A stretch of 64,000 bases of DNA from an archaeon (GTDB lineage: Archaea; B1Sed10-29; WALL01; JAGHAM01), in assembly GCA_021107635.1 (NCBI GenBank), contig JAIOSL010000043.1:9873-73872 (forward strand), in the 5' to 3' direction. This document shows, piece by piece, positions 28,185-38,681 of the stretch. The position numbers and the translations under genes were made by a program. The notes beneath the pieces are model-generated. The model ran no database searches, was not told where the DNA came from, and worked only from the letters and a program-made list of their open reading frames with translations. Every line of letters begins with the position of its first letter. Position 1 is the first letter of the stretch.

Positions 28185-28439
28185 ATGGGAGAAGTAATAG
28201 CTGTTTTTAAAATAATGCCAAAAGATTCAGACTCCTTTGAAGTCATGAAAGAACAAGTACTAGCCGCAGTTGGTAAAATAGAAAAAATAGAAGAAGAATA
28301 CGTTGCTTTTGGCCTAAAATCCCTAAAAATTACCGTTTTAATGGAAGATTCAGAAGGCGGAACAGACGCACTAGAACAAAAAATCACATCAATAGACAAA
28401 GTCGGAAGCATGGAACTAGAAGGCATCGGAAGAATCTAA
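28185..28439 (+). CDS. ef1b: Elongation factor 1-beta
   Basis: MGEVIAVFKIMP...EEYVAFGLKSL...EGGTD. Confidence 0.92.
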   Translation: MGEVIAVFKIMPKDSDSFEVMKEQVLAAVGKIEKIEEEYVAFGLKSLKITVLMEDSEGGTDALEQKITSIDKVGSMELEGIGRI

Positions 28440-28865
28440 ACACCTAACCTTCTCCAGAAACTTTTTAATACCATTCCAATGCGAGCCATGCCAATACAGC
28501 TGGTTACAATCAACACACGCCCACCCCTGCTCGACATGCTCAGGCAACTCGCTTTGCCCTGCATCGCGCAGCGTGCCATTACAAAGAGAACAGCAAAGAG
28601 GCCTCGGACACTCTGAAAGCTTAAGTCCAAAAGTCTTAACGAGAAAATGCATTTGCTCAGCATCATCAGAAGACTCTAAAAGAACTACTCCGTCATTCTC
28701 ACCAAGCTTCTTGTCACGAGTCAACAATACACGACCCTCCAAACGAGCTCTCTTTAAAATCTTCTCGTCGCACTCATCACCAGACGCAAGCTCGGCATCA
28801 TACCCAAAGATACGCAACCACCTCGCAAGTTTTGCAAGCATCGCATCACACAAAAAGAGCGCCAT
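28416..28865 (-). CDS. Mut7-C RNase (PIN-like) domain protein
   Basis: FLCDAMLAKLARWLRIFGYD, LLTRD, CSLCNG, CVDC..LYWHGSHW. Confidence 0.9.
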   Translation of the reverse strand: MALFLCDAMLAKLARWLRIFGYDAELASGDECDEKILKRARLEGRVLLTRDKKLGENDGVVLLESSDDAEQMHFLVKTFGLKLSECPRPLCCSLCNGTLRDAGQSELPEHVEQGWACVDCNQLYWHGSHWNGIKKFLEKVRCLDSSDAF

Positions 28866-28903
28866 AACTATTTATTGAACACCCTCCTAAAATAGCAATA
28901 CAC

Positions 28904-31249
28904 ATGATAAAATCACTCAAACTCAAAAACTGGAAATCCCATGAAAACACAGAACTAGAATTCACAAAAGGAACCACTGTTCTAATCGGCCAAATGGGAT
29001 CAGGCAAAACATCTGTAATGGATGCCATTTCCTTCGCGTTATTCGGCACGTTCCCATCACTCAACTCCAGAAAACTAAAACTAGAACAATGCATAATGGA
29101 CAAACCAGAAAAAAAAGAACAATCTAGCATACAACTGATATTTACGCTAGAAGACAACGCATACGAAATAACAAGAATAATAGAACGCGGAAAAGGAACA
29201 ATCAGCGCAGAATTCAGAAAAAATGGAAAGATAGTTGAGACAGGCAACACAAAAAGTGTCACAGAATCCATAGAAAAAGAACTGCAAATAGACTATGAAC
29301 TGTTCTCAAGAGCAGTATACTCAGAACAAAACCAAATAGACTACTTCTTACAAATACCATCAGGACAACGCAAGAAAAAAATCGACGAACTGCTTAAACT
29401 AGATCGCTTCGAAAAAGCAAGAACCACAACCACAAGCGTAATCAACCGACTAAAAAACATGACAAAAGACAAAGAACAAACAATAACAGACCTAGAAGGA
29501 GAAGACTACGACAAAAAAATAACAGAACAAAAAAAAGAACTTGAGCAAACACTCAAAAACGCTGAAAACCTGGAAAAAGACCTACAATCAAAAAAAATCC
29601 AATTAGACCGAATAACAAAAGAAACTCAAGCCCTCGAAGAAAAACAAGAAAAAGCACGCACACTAGAAAATCAATTAAACTCATTTAAAGGCCAAACAAG
29701 CACACTCAAAGAAAAAACAAACACCATAAAAGACAAACTAAAAACCCTCCTAGACAAAGACCTAACACAAAAAAAACAAGAACTAGAACAACGACTTGAA
29801 CAAATCAAAAACCAATTAAAAGAACTCAAAAACAATGAAAACCAAAAAAAACTAGAAAAACTAAATGCAGAAAAAGGCTCACTAGAAGCCAAACTAGAAG
29901 AATTAACCAGAAAAAGTAAAGAGAAAGCCACCCTAGAAAAAACTTTGAAAGAACTAGAAAAACAAGACTGGAAACAAAAACTAGGAGAACAAAAAGAACA
30001 ACTCAAACAACTAGAAGAAGAAATAGGAAGAAGTCAACTGCTAGTAGATACTGAAGAAAAAAGACTCAAACAATTAGACTCCCTACAAGAACGCTGCCCA
30101 GTATGCGATGCTGAACTAACAGAAGAAAAACGCAAAGAACTAACCGATGCTTCACTTAAAACAGTACTAGAAAACAAGAAAAAAATTCACCAACTCAAAG
30201 AACAACTCGAAAGAACAAACATTGAAGAAACCGAAACAAAACTAAGACAACAAGAAAACACCCGCGGAAAACTAGCTGAACTTGACACCAAATCACTAGA
30301 AGAAACCAAACAAAAATTAGAAACAACCAAAAACGAACTAGAAACAACCAAAAACGAACAAAAACAAGACAACAAGAAAAAAGAAGAGCTAGAAAAAGAA
30401 AAAGAAAAAAACAACAAAACACTCGCAAAAATTGAAAGAATAACAGAACTACAAACAGAATACAAACAAGCACAACAACAACAAAACCAAACAGAAGAAC
30501 AAATCAAAAAAACAGAAATCCAGTTGAAAACAATAGACTTCAAAGAAAAAGAACTGAAAGTCAAAAGAGAAATGAAAGAAGACCTAAAAGTCATACACAG
30601 TCAACTCAAAACTAAAATAGACTCCAGTCAACAACTCATAAAAGAAAAACAACAAAACATTGAAACCCTTGAAAAGACAGAACAAAAACTAAAACAATGG
30701 AAACAAGAACTAATTAAACTCAAAGAAACCATTGTATCAATGGACATATTCAAAAACGCTCTAGAAGCAACACAAATCCAACTAAGAGAAGAAACCCTAT
30801 TAGCTCTAAACGCAGGCACAGAGGACCTATGGCCAAAAATCTACCCATACAAAGACTACACCAGCCTAAAACTAGCAATAGAAGGAAGCGATTATGCGCT
30901 TCAAGTAAAACGACGAGATGGAACATGGGTCAACGTAGAAGGCATAGCTAGTGGAGGAGAACGCTCTACTGCTTGCCTAGCTTTGCGCATTGCATTTTCT
31001 CTGGTACTAACACAAAACATATCCTGGCTAGTGCTAGACGAACCAACACACAACCTGGACACGCAAGGCGTTGCAACTCTTGCAAATGCACTCAGAGAAC
31101 ATCTACCCGAACTCGTAGAACAAGTATTTATCATCACTCACGAAGAGGAAATGGAAACAGCAGTCAGTGGTACACTCTATCGCTTTGAAAGAAAGAAAGA
31201 ACTAGACGAACCAACAAACGCAATTCTTGTTACCATGGGACCAAACTAA
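28904..31249 (+). CDS. rad50: Rad50/SbcC-like SMC ATPase
   Basis: GQMGSGKT, Q-loop, CPVC zinc hook, SGGE, LVLDEPTHNLD, ITH. Confidence 0.85.
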   Translation: MIKSLKLKNWKSHENTELEFTKGTTVLIGQMGSGKTSVMDAISFALFGTFPSLNSRKLKLEQCIMDKPEKKEQSSIQLIFTLEDNAYEITRIIERGKGTISAEFRKNGKIVETGNTKSVTESIEKELQIDYELFSRAVYSEQNQIDYFLQIPSGQRKKKIDELLKLDRFEKARTTTTSVINRLKNMTKDKEQTITDLEGEDYDKKITEQKKELEQTLKNAENLEKDLQSKKIQLDRITKETQALEEKQEKARTLENQLNSFKGQTSTLKEKTNTIKDKLKTLLDKDLTQKKQELEQRLEQIKNQLKELKNNENQKKLEKLNAEKGSLEAKLEELTRKSKEKATLEKTLKELEKQDWKQKLGEQKEQLKQLEEEIGRSQLLVDTEEKRLKQLDSLQERCPVCDAELTEEKRKELTDASLKTVLENKKKIHQLKEQLERTNIEETETKLRQQENTRGKLAELDTKSLEETKQKLETTKNELETTKNEQKQDNKKKEELEKEKEKNNKTLAKIERITELQTEYKQAQQQQNQTEEQIKKTEIQLKTIDFKEKELKVKREMKEDLKVIHSQLKTKIDSSQQLIKEKQQNIETLEKTEQKLKQWKQELIKLKETIVSMDIFKNALEATQIQLREETLLALNAGTEDLWPKIYPYKDYTSLKLAIEGSDYALQVKRRDGTWVNVEGIASGGERSTACLALRIAFSLVLTQNISWLVLDEPTHNLDTQGVATLANALREHLPELVEQVFIITHEEEMETAVSGTLYRFERKKELDEPTNAILVTMGPN

Positions 31250-31312
31250 AATACAATAATTTTAAATAAAAGTATTACTAAACAAGCTTAGAGCAACCGA
31301 GGAGGCAAAAAC

Positions 31313-31858
31313 ATGAACAAAAAACTAAAAGGATTCGCTGGATACTTCAGAATACTAGCAATACCCCTAGTAGTAATAATTTTCTGGAGCATAATTGTTT
31401 TTGCAGTAGGAGTTGCAGGAGCACTTAGCGTAGACGTAGCAGGACTATCAGTAGTAGGCGCGTCCCTTGCAATCCTTGGATCAATAATAGGCTCGCTCAT
31501 GGCTGTGCTAGTAGGATTCAACGCAGCAAAAGAAGGAACTAAAAAAATTACCAGACTAGCAGTAATGGGAACCCTATTCGGCCTAATAACTGGAGCAATA
31601 AACAGCATACTTGCAATAGCAACCTCTTTATTTGCTTGGATAACAGACACATCAGTAACAAGCGGGCTCCAAGGAATCTCTCCTTCACTCATAGTAAGCT
31701 TTCTTAAAGACCTGCAAGTTCTTGGACCAGAAGTTGAAGGATTCATAGACATAGCGATAGTCATGTTTGGATCTCTATTAGTACTAGCATCCTGCATAAT
31801 CACCGGAGCAATACTTGCAATAATTGGTGGAATAATAACAAATAAATTTCTTAAATAA
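31313..31858 (+). CDS. Hypothetical multi-TM membrane protein
   Basis: About four hydrophobic helices, GGAGG SD. Confidence 0.65.
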   Translation: MNKKLKGFAGYFRILAIPLVVIIFWSIIVFAVGVAGALSVDVAGLSVVGASLAILGSIIGSLMAVLVGFNAAKEGTKKITRLAVMGTLFGLITGAINSILAIATSLFAWITDTSVTSGLQGISPSLIVSFLKDLQVLGPEVEGFIDIAIVMFGSLLVLASCIITGAILAIIGGIITNKFLK

Positions 31859-31904
31859 AAACCAAAACATTTTGTTACCAAAACCATTAAATATAACAAT
31901 CTGT

Positions 31905-31957
31905 GATATATCCTACTAAGATATATCTTTTTATGATATATCTTGAAGTGATATACA
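31905..31957. promoter_or_regulatory. Array of four GATATATC/GATATACA boxes at 15-bp period (putative PadR operator)
   Basis: Boxes start at 31905, 31920, 31935 and 31950, ending directly at the PadR ATG. Confidence 0.65.
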
Positions 31958-32365
31958 ATGAAAAAGAAACACAAACTCCCAGAAGACATGCAAAAAGCAT
32001 GGGAACAAGAAAGAAAAGCTCTTCCACAAATGGTTCCAACAATGGCACTTTCACTTCTAAAAGAAAATCCCAGACATGGCTATGAAATAATGAAAGAAGG
32101 AAATAACCTCTTACAAAAACACTTCGATGCAAACTTTGAATTTGACGAAAAATTAGATTATTTCACGCCTAGCAACACATACCCCGCTCTTCACAAAATG
32201 GAAAAACAAGGCTTACTCAAATCACACTGGGAAGGAAGGAAAAAATTCTATTCAATAACACCAAAAGGACTTAAAGACTACCAACTAAGAAAAACAATAA
32301 TGCTAGAAAGCATGAAAATGATGGCAATATTATTTAAAGAAATGTTTCACGAAGAGGTAATCTAA
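31958..32365 (+). CDS. PadR-family regulator
   Basis: LLKENPRHGYEIMK, YPALHKMEKQGLL, RKKFYSITPKG. Confidence 0.9.
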   Translation: MKKKHKLPEDMQKAWEQERKALPQMVPTMALSLLKENPRHGYEIMKEGNNLLQKHFDANFEFDEKLDYFTPSNTYPALHKMEKQGLLKSHWEGRKKFYSITPKGLKDYQLRKTIMLESMKMMAILFKEMFHEEVI

Positions 32366-33616
32366 ATGAAAAATAAATTACTGATACCAATGCTACTACT
32401 CATACTAACAGGAGTAATGGCGACAAGCGGATACAGGGCAGGCCTTTTATACCAATCCCCAACAGCAAACACATACCCAACACAAGTACACCCAGGAGAT
32501 GAAGGAGTCTTCCTTGAAGTAGAACTAACGAACAACTTTAACTTTCCCTACGAAAATGTAACAACAAGACTAGAACCACAAGGACCATTCAAGGGAATTA
32601 AAACAGAAAACTTCATAAGCGACATACGACCAAACGGCCAAAAAAGTATGTTCTACAAAGTAAATATTGATTCTAATGCAGAACCAGGAGAATACTTACT
32701 CAACCACTACATGACATACAGTTACACAGAATACGATGAAGATGGAGAACAAGGAACATACACAATAGAAGTAAAAAAAACTGTTGCAGTAGAGATATAC
32801 TTCTCTGAAAAACTAGATCTTGCATCAGTAGGCCTAACAGAAAGAGAAATACTGCCAAATGAAGAAACCCAACTGTTAATTAAAGTGAAAAACACAGGGA
32901 GTGTTCCAGTAAGCGACGTAATAGTTTCATACGCAGGCCTCACAACCACTGCAACCATAATAACCGCTGCAGGAGCAAGCAGCGCAACAACAATAAACTT
33001 CCTCCCACTTGAATCCACAAAAAAAACCATTCCATCAATCCAACCAGATCAAGAAATAGAAATATCCTTCCTTCTACGCGCACTAAGAAATACTGAAATA
33101 AAAGCCTATGAACTTCCAGTAACAGTTACTTACGGCGATCAAACCTTAACAGATTCAGCAGTAGTTAATGTAAAAGGAAAACCAGACGTCAGACTAGCAG
33201 GACTGCAAAACGATGAAAGCCTAATTTTCCAAGGACAAGCATTCTCTGTTTCAGTCCAGCTTGAAAATATTGGCACTGGCGATGCAAAATCAGTTAAAGC
33301 TAAAATAATCAGCGATAATATCTCAGGCATAAAAACAGCATACATAGGAACAATAGATGTAGAAGACACAGGAACAGCAATCTTTGACCTCAAAGACTAC
33401 AACCCAGGCAATCATGAACTCACCATAGAAATAACCTATGAAGACATGTATGGAAATGAGCAACCTCCTTTCCAGTTCAAAACAGAATATAGCATATATG
33501 AAAGACCTCCAGATTACTCAGGAGTATTCATCTTAGTAGGAGTAGTACTAATTATAATATACCTCATCTACAGAAGATGGAAAAAGAAAAAAGAACTGGA
33601 ACAATTGGTGAACTAG
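32366..33616 (+). CDS. COG1361-type S-layer-like/CARDB protein associated with the ABC exporter
   Basis: Signal peptide, Ig-like repeats (VKNTG, LENIG), C-terminal TM. Confidence 0.75.
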   Translation: MKNKLLIPMLLLILTGVMATSGYRAGLLYQSPTANTYPTQVHPGDEGVFLEVELTNNFNFPYENVTTRLEPQGPFKGIKTENFISDIRPNGQKSMFYKVNIDSNAEPGEYLLNHYMTYSYTEYDEDGEQGTYTIEVKKTVAVEIYFSEKLDLASVGLTEREILPNEETQLLIKVKNTGSVPVSDVIVSYAGLTTTATIITAAGASSATTINFLPLESTKKTIPSIQPDQEIEISFLLRALRNTEIKAYELPVTVTYGDQTLTDSAVVNVKGKPDVRLAGLQNDESLIFQGQAFSVSVQLENIGTGDAKSVKAKIISDNISGIKTAYIGTIDVEDTGTAIFDLKDYNPGNHELTIEITYEDMYGNEQPPFQFKTEYSIYERPPDYSGVFILVGVVLIIIYLIYRRWKKKKELEQLVN

Positions 33617-33617
33617 A

Positions 33618-34757
33618 TTGCTTGATATAGCCTATAAGAACCTAGCTAAAAACAAAGCACGAACAGGGCTATCCCTAATGGCTCTAATAATAGGCGTAGT
33701 CACTATCATATCAATGGTATCAGTAACAGCAGGAATACGCTCGATGGTGACAGACGCCATTTCTGGAATGAACGGCATCATGGTTTGGGAAAAAGATGCA
33801 CTTGACCAACCATGGTCCTATCTTTCCACTGATTATGAACAAAAATTGGAGTCTATTTCAGGGGTGAGAGTAGCTCTACCAGAAGTTTTCGGTTTTATTA
33901 CAGAAATAGATGGAGACACAGCGCGAGGAAGCGAAATGATGATGGGCATGACAGGAGTCATGGGCATTGACCCAGTCAAAGAACAAGAACGTGAAGGCAC
34001 TTTTTATGGAATGGAAATGGATAAAGGTAGATGGCTCAAACCAGGAGACAAAAGTGTAGTCATCCTTGGAAATGAAATAGCAGACAACTACAAAAAACGA
34101 ATAGGATCAACCATTGAACTAGACGGGAAAAAACTTAAAGTAATCGGTATTCTTAAAGAAAGCCAAATGTTTGGAGGCTACATGCTTGCACCGATAGATG
34201 TTGCTAGAGAATTAGCTGATCTGGATAGTGACATAGTTAATGATTATACAATACAAGCATATAACCCACAAGATCAAGGAAAAATAGCTAAAATAATAGA
34301 GTTTAAATATGATGACCTTCAAGCAATGAATTCACAATCAGCAGGAGAAGAAATGTCAGACCTGTTAAACACCTTTGACATGGTCTTTCTTGTAATTTCA
34401 CTCATAGCATTGCTAACCGCAGGAGTAGTCATCATAAACACCATGCTAATGTCTGTCATGGACCGACAAAAAGAAATAGGTGTGCTTAAAGCGGTTGGTT
34501 GGACCAACGATGACATACTCAAACTAGTCCTGATAGAATCTCTACTCCTAGGAATCATAGGAGGCATAATAGGCTGTATAATCGGAAGCGTTATTGTAAC
34601 AATAATCAACAGTGCAATACCTTTTTCTCTTACATTAACTCCAACAAACATTTTAGGAGCATTCATATTTGCAGTATCCGCAGGACTGTTTGGAGGACTT
34701 TATCCAGCATGGCGAATCAGTAGAATAAATCCAATTGACGCGATAAGGATGGAATAA
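33618..34757 (+). CDS. MacB/FtsX-family ABC permease
   Basis: INTMLMSVMDRQKEIGVLKAVGW, YPAWRISRINPIDAIR. Confidence 0.92.
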   Translation: MLDIAYKNLAKNKARTGLSLMALIIGVVTIISMVSVTAGIRSMVTDAISGMNGIMVWEKDALDQPWSYLSTDYEQKLESISGVRVALPEVFGFITEIDGDTARGSEMMMGMTGVMGIDPVKEQEREGTFYGMEMDKGRWLKPGDKSVVILGNEIADNYKKRIGSTIELDGKKLKVIGILKESQMFGGYMLAPIDVARELADLDSDIVNDYTIQAYNPQDQGKIAKIIEFKYDDLQAMNSQSAGEEMSDLLNTFDMVFLVISLIALLTAGVVIINTMLMSVMDRQKEIGVLKAVGWTNDDILKLVLIESLLLGIIGGIIGCIIGSVIVTIINSAIPFSLTLTPTNILGAFIFAVSAGLFGGLYPAWRISRINPIDAIRME

Positions 34758-34759
34758 AA

Positions 34760-35902
34760 ATGCTAAGAATGGCTTTGCAAAATCTGTTAAGAAAAAAGAG
34801 TAGGACAATTTTAGCAATGCTTGCACTCATCATTGGAGTGATGACCATCATTTCCTTAATCTCAATCACTGAAGGAGTAAAAGGAAGAGTTACTGATGTA
34901 GTATCTCAAATGAAAGGAATAGTAGTAACTCAAGAAGACGTATTTATGCCAACTCTTTCCAGGCTAGAAACATCAGACATTAATAAAATTGAATCAATAC
35001 CTGGAGTAAGTGTTGCAGCTCCAAGAATAGTAGGTCAAATAATGCTCTTAAAAGAAGGAGAAAAAAGATCAATGACTGCTCAACCATTCTCCATATACGG
35101 TTTGGATCCAGCTAAAGAAGCTCTCACAAAAAAAGGATCTCTCCCAACCGGAGGAACTATACTACGAGGAAGAGCCTTGAAAAGCGGAGATACAAAAGCA
35201 GTAGTGCTTGATGAAGATACTGCAAAAGACGAAAAAAAACTAGTAGGCTCAAAAATAGAATTAGGAGGAAACAAATACACAGTAGTAGGACTAGCAGAAG
35301 CAGTAGGTGGAGCAGGAAGAATGGCAGTAGTTCCTATTAGTGAAGCCAGAGACATACTAGAAGTACCAACAGACAAAATTACTGGAATCTACGTTGAAAC
35401 AAACAATCCAGAAGATGACAAAAAAATAGCAAGATTAATAGAAGCTAAAATAGACGATTCAAGCGCCCAAACAACCGAAGATTTTGCTCAACAACTCATG
35501 GGAATGCTATCTAACATAGACGCGTTTCTTTGGGTAATCTCAACAATCTCTATTGTAGTTGGAGGACTAGGAATAATTAACACCATGCTAATGAGCGTAA
35601 GAGAACGCAAAAAAGAATTTGGAGTCTTAAAAGCAATAGGCTGGACACAAGAAAACATACTCCAACTAGTTATGTATGAATCAATACTTATCGGAATACT
35701 CGGAGGAATCATCGGAGTAACACTCGGTTGGATAGCCGTACAAATTGCAAAACCACTACTAGGCATCTCAATAATGACAGTTACACCAAGTCTTGCAATC
35801 CAAGCCACATTATTTGCAATAATAGTTGGAGTTATCGGTGGGATATATCCCGCATGGGAAACCAGCAGATTAGACCCAATAAAAGCAATGTCAGACAGGT
35901 GA
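34760..35902 (+). CDS. MacB/FtsX-family ABC permease (second paralog)
   Basis: INTMLMSVRERKKEFGVLKAIGW, YPAW. Confidence 0.92.
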   Translation: MLRMALQNLLRKKSRTILAMLALIIGVMTIISLISITEGVKGRVTDVVSQMKGIVVTQEDVFMPTLSRLETSDINKIESIPGVSVAAPRIVGQIMLLKEGEKRSMTAQPFSIYGLDPAKEALTKKGSLPTGGTILRGRALKSGDTKAVVLDEDTAKDEKKLVGSKIELGGNKYTVVGLAEAVGGAGRMAVVPISEARDILEVPTDKITGIYVETNNPEDDKKIARLIEAKIDDSSAQTTEDFAQQLMGMLSNIDAFLWVISTISIVVGGLGIINTMLMSVRERKKEFGVLKAIGWTQENILQLVMYESILIGILGGIIGVTLGWIAVQIAKPLLGISIMTVTPSLAIQATLFAIIVGVIGGIYPAWETSRLDPIKAMSDR

Positions 35903-35908
35903 AAAAAA

Positions 35909-36619
35909 ATGGCAAAGAAAAAAATGCTAGAAGCAAGAGAAGTAAAAAGAGAATACATAATGGGTAAAACTGTGGTGCGCGCATTAAGAGGAGTAGACAT
36001 AGACATAGAACAAGGAGAATTTGTATTTATAATCGGCCCAAGTGGGAGTGGAAAATCTACAATTATGCACATTTTAGGCGCGTTAGATCACCAAACCGCA
36101 GGTTCAGTAACACTCGACGGAAAAGAAATGGCCAGAATGAGCGATTGGCAATTATCAATGATACGCAGAAACAAAATAGGATTCATATTTCAAAACTTTA
36201 ATTTAGTTCCCTCATTAAACGCAATAGAAAATGTCATGCTTCCCCTTATGACAAGCGACATGAACAAAACTGTTTTAGAAGCAAGAGCAATCAAACTGCT
36301 TAAACTTGTTGGACTAGGTCATAGAATACATCACCGACCAACTGAACTCTCTGGAGGAGAACGACAAAGAGTAGCAGTTGCACGTTCTTTAATCAATGAA
36401 CCAGAAATTATCCTAGCAGATGAACCAACAGGAGAACTAGACACTAAAACAGGAACAGGAATAATGCAATTAATGCGCAAATTATGTAAAGAAAAAGGAA
36501 CAACGTTTGTTATTGTCACTCACGACACTGAATACATTCAAAAAGGAGATAAAATCTTTCATATCAGAGATGGACTAATAAACCAAGAGATATACAAAGG
36601 CGGAAAAGTAATAGAATGA
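35909..36619 (+). CDS. LolD/MacB-type ABC ATPase
   Basis: GPSGSGKST, LSGGERQRVAVAR, ILADEPTG, VTHD. Confidence 0.95.
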   Translation: MAKKKMLEAREVKREYIMGKTVVRALRGVDIDIEQGEFVFIIGPSGSGKSTIMHILGALDHQTAGSVTLDGKEMARMSDWQLSMIRRNKIGFIFQNFNLVPSLNAIENVMLPLMTSDMNKTVLEARAIKLLKLVGLGHRIHHRPTELSGGERQRVAVARSLINEPEIILADEPTGELDTKTGTGIMQLMRKLCKEKGTTFVIVTHDTEYIQKGDKIFHIRDGLINQEIYKGGKVIE

Positions 36620-36943
36620 CTAAACTTCCCTTAAAAAACTTTTTGCCTCTTGGAGTGTTTTTTTTCCGCTATCAGTAAGCTCATAGTACTTACGTTTTCT
36701 TCCGTCCACTTCCCTAATGAAAGAAGAAACCAACCCTCTTGCTTCCAAAGGATAAAGAACACGATAAGAAACAATCCTACTAGCTTTGATGCCTAATTCA
36801 TCAGCTAATTTTTCCTGAAGAGCATAAGCATAGAGAGGTTCCTGCTCAAGCATAGTAAGGATATGAAACCATAAGCATTCTATCCCAAGCTTACGCTTTA
36901 AACGATTAAGCTCCGGAGACTTTCCAAAAGAAAAATCAACCAT
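36620..36943 (-). CDS. PadR-family regulator
   Basis: PLYAYAL, YRVLYPLEARGLV, RKRKYYELTDSG. Confidence 0.85.
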   Translation of the reverse strand: MVDFSFGKSPELNRLKRKLGIECLWFHILTMLEQEPLYAYALQEKLADELGIKASRIVSYRVLYPLEARGLVSSFIREVDGRKRKYYELTDSGKKTLQEAKSFLREV

Positions 36944-37009
36944 TCGTATATTTTACGGACGTTAAATATATATAAAGTATTGCCCATAAATAGAAGAGAG
37001 GGGTCACTA

Positions 37010-38116
37010 ATGGACAAAATCAAAGTAGCTATATCTGGCGTAGGAAATTGTGCTAGTTCTTTAATACAAGGAGTATACTACTACAAAAACGTAAGTTCTA
37101 ATGATAATCTCGTTCCCGGCTTAATGCACAACGTTATTGGCGGATACAAGATAAGGGATATTGAATTTGTCGCTGCTTTTGATATAGATAAAAGAAAAAT
37201 AGGCAAAGACCTAAGCGAAGCTATTTTTGCCGAACCAAATTGCACAGAACTTTTCCAGCGAGACATTCCAAACCAAAATGTAGAAGTAAAGAAAGGACCT
37301 GTACTTGATGGTTATCCAGATCACATGCTTGAATATCCTGAAAATAAACGATTCATTACTGATGATACTCCTCCAGTGGATGTAGCAAAAGAATTAAAAA
37401 AATCTGGAGCACACATGCTTGTCAACTACATGCCAGTAGGAAGCCAAGAAGCCACTGAATATTATGCTCAAGCAGCCCTTGACGCAGGACTTGCTTTTGT
37501 TAATTGTATGCCAGTGTTCATTGCATCTGATCCACAAGGCAAATGGCCAAAAAAATTCGAAGAAGCCGGACTGCCAATAGTTGGAGACGACATAAAAGCA
37601 CAAATAGGCGCAACCATAGTACACAGAACACTTTCCAAACTTTTCAATGACAGGGGAGTAAAACTTGACAGAACTTATCAATTGAACGTTGGCGGCAACA
37701 CAGACTTCATGAACCTCATAGAACGCTCTCGGGGCAAAACCAAGAAAATCAGCAAGACTGAGAGCGTTCAGTCCCAATTGCCTACACCAATGCCTCCAGA
37801 TGATATTCATATTGGACCTTCAGACTACGTGCCTTGGCTGAAAGACAACAAACTTTGTTTCCTTAGAATGGAAGGAAAGAAATTTGGAGACGTTCCAATG
37901 AAGATTGAGCTACGGTTAAGCGTGGAAGACTCACCTAACAGCGCGGGATGTGTCATCGATGCACTTCGATGCTGCAAGCTAGCTTTAGACAGAAAAGTGA
38001 CTGGCCAGCTAACATCCATTTCCTCATACATAATGAAACACCCACCACAACAATATCCTGATTATGTAGCAAAACAAATGGTAGAGGAATACATTAAAGG
38101 TGAGCGTGAGAGGTGA
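37010..38116 (+). CDS. ino1: myo-inositol-1-phosphate synthase
   Basis: GVGNCASSL, NYMPVGS, GDDIKAQIGAT, YQLNVGGNTDF, VEDSPNSAG. Confidence 0.96.
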   Translation: MDKIKVAISGVGNCASSLIQGVYYYKNVSSNDNLVPGLMHNVIGGYKIRDIEFVAAFDIDKRKIGKDLSEAIFAEPNCTELFQRDIPNQNVEVKKGPVLDGYPDHMLEYPENKRFITDDTPPVDVAKELKKSGAHMLVNYMPVGSQEATEYYAQAALDAGLAFVNCMPVFIASDPQGKWPKKFEEAGLPIVGDDIKAQIGATIVHRTLSKLFNDRGVKLDRTYQLNVGGNTDFMNLIERSRGKTKKISKTESVQSQLPTPMPPDDIHIGPSDYVPWLKDNKLCFLRMEGKKFGDVPMKIELRLSVEDSPNSAGCVIDALRCCKLALDRKVTGQLTSISSYIMKHPPQQYPDYVAKQMVEEYIKGERER

Positions 38117-38120
38117 GAGC

Positions 38121-38681
38121 GTGAATGCTCGAACTCGCATTGGAATGCTTTTCTCTAAACTAAGAATACCTGCAGACGCATGGACAGTACTCATACTCCT
38201 ACCGGGAGTTATCTCCCTTTATTTCCTTGCTTCAGGGAATTTTCTTCTTGCTGGAGTCTTTTTCCTGGGAGCTCTCTTATTTGATGTGATAGATGGAGCT
38301 GTTGCTCATGTCACAACAAAAGTCACTAGAAAAGGAGTATTCTTGGATGGCATTGTTTCTTCTTACCTGGAAGTACTTGCTCTGATTGGCTTGGCCTTAT
38401 CTGGATTACCAGAAGTTTTCGCGCCTGCTTCCACATGGGTTGCACTAGCAGTTTTTGGATTTTTAGGAATGGAGTACTCTTCAATTCTAGCAAAACATAA
38501 CGGCTTGATTGAACAAGATTGGATGCATCTAGTAATAAAACCAACAAGAACCAGCCTGTTACTGATAATCATCTTTTCCGCTCATTTTAACCAGTTGTTT
38601 GCAGTCTCACTGCTCATAGCAGCAAGCGTGATTTCAGTACTTGTTATGCTTAACAGGCAATTCAAGGCTTTGACCCAATGA
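38121..38681 (+). CDS. CDP-alcohol phosphatidyltransferase-like protein (degenerate motif)
   Basis: DVIDGAVAH...GVFLDGIVS, multi-TM. Confidence 0.75.
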   Translation: MNARTRIGMLFSKLRIPADAWTVLILLPGVISLYFLASGNFLLAGVFFLGALLFDVIDGAVAHVTTKVTRKGVFLDGIVSSYLEVLALIGLALSGLPEVFAPASTWVALAVFGFLGMEYSSILAKHNGLIEQDWMHLVIKPTRTSLLLIIIFSAHFNQLFAVSLLIAASVISVLVMLNRQFKALTQ

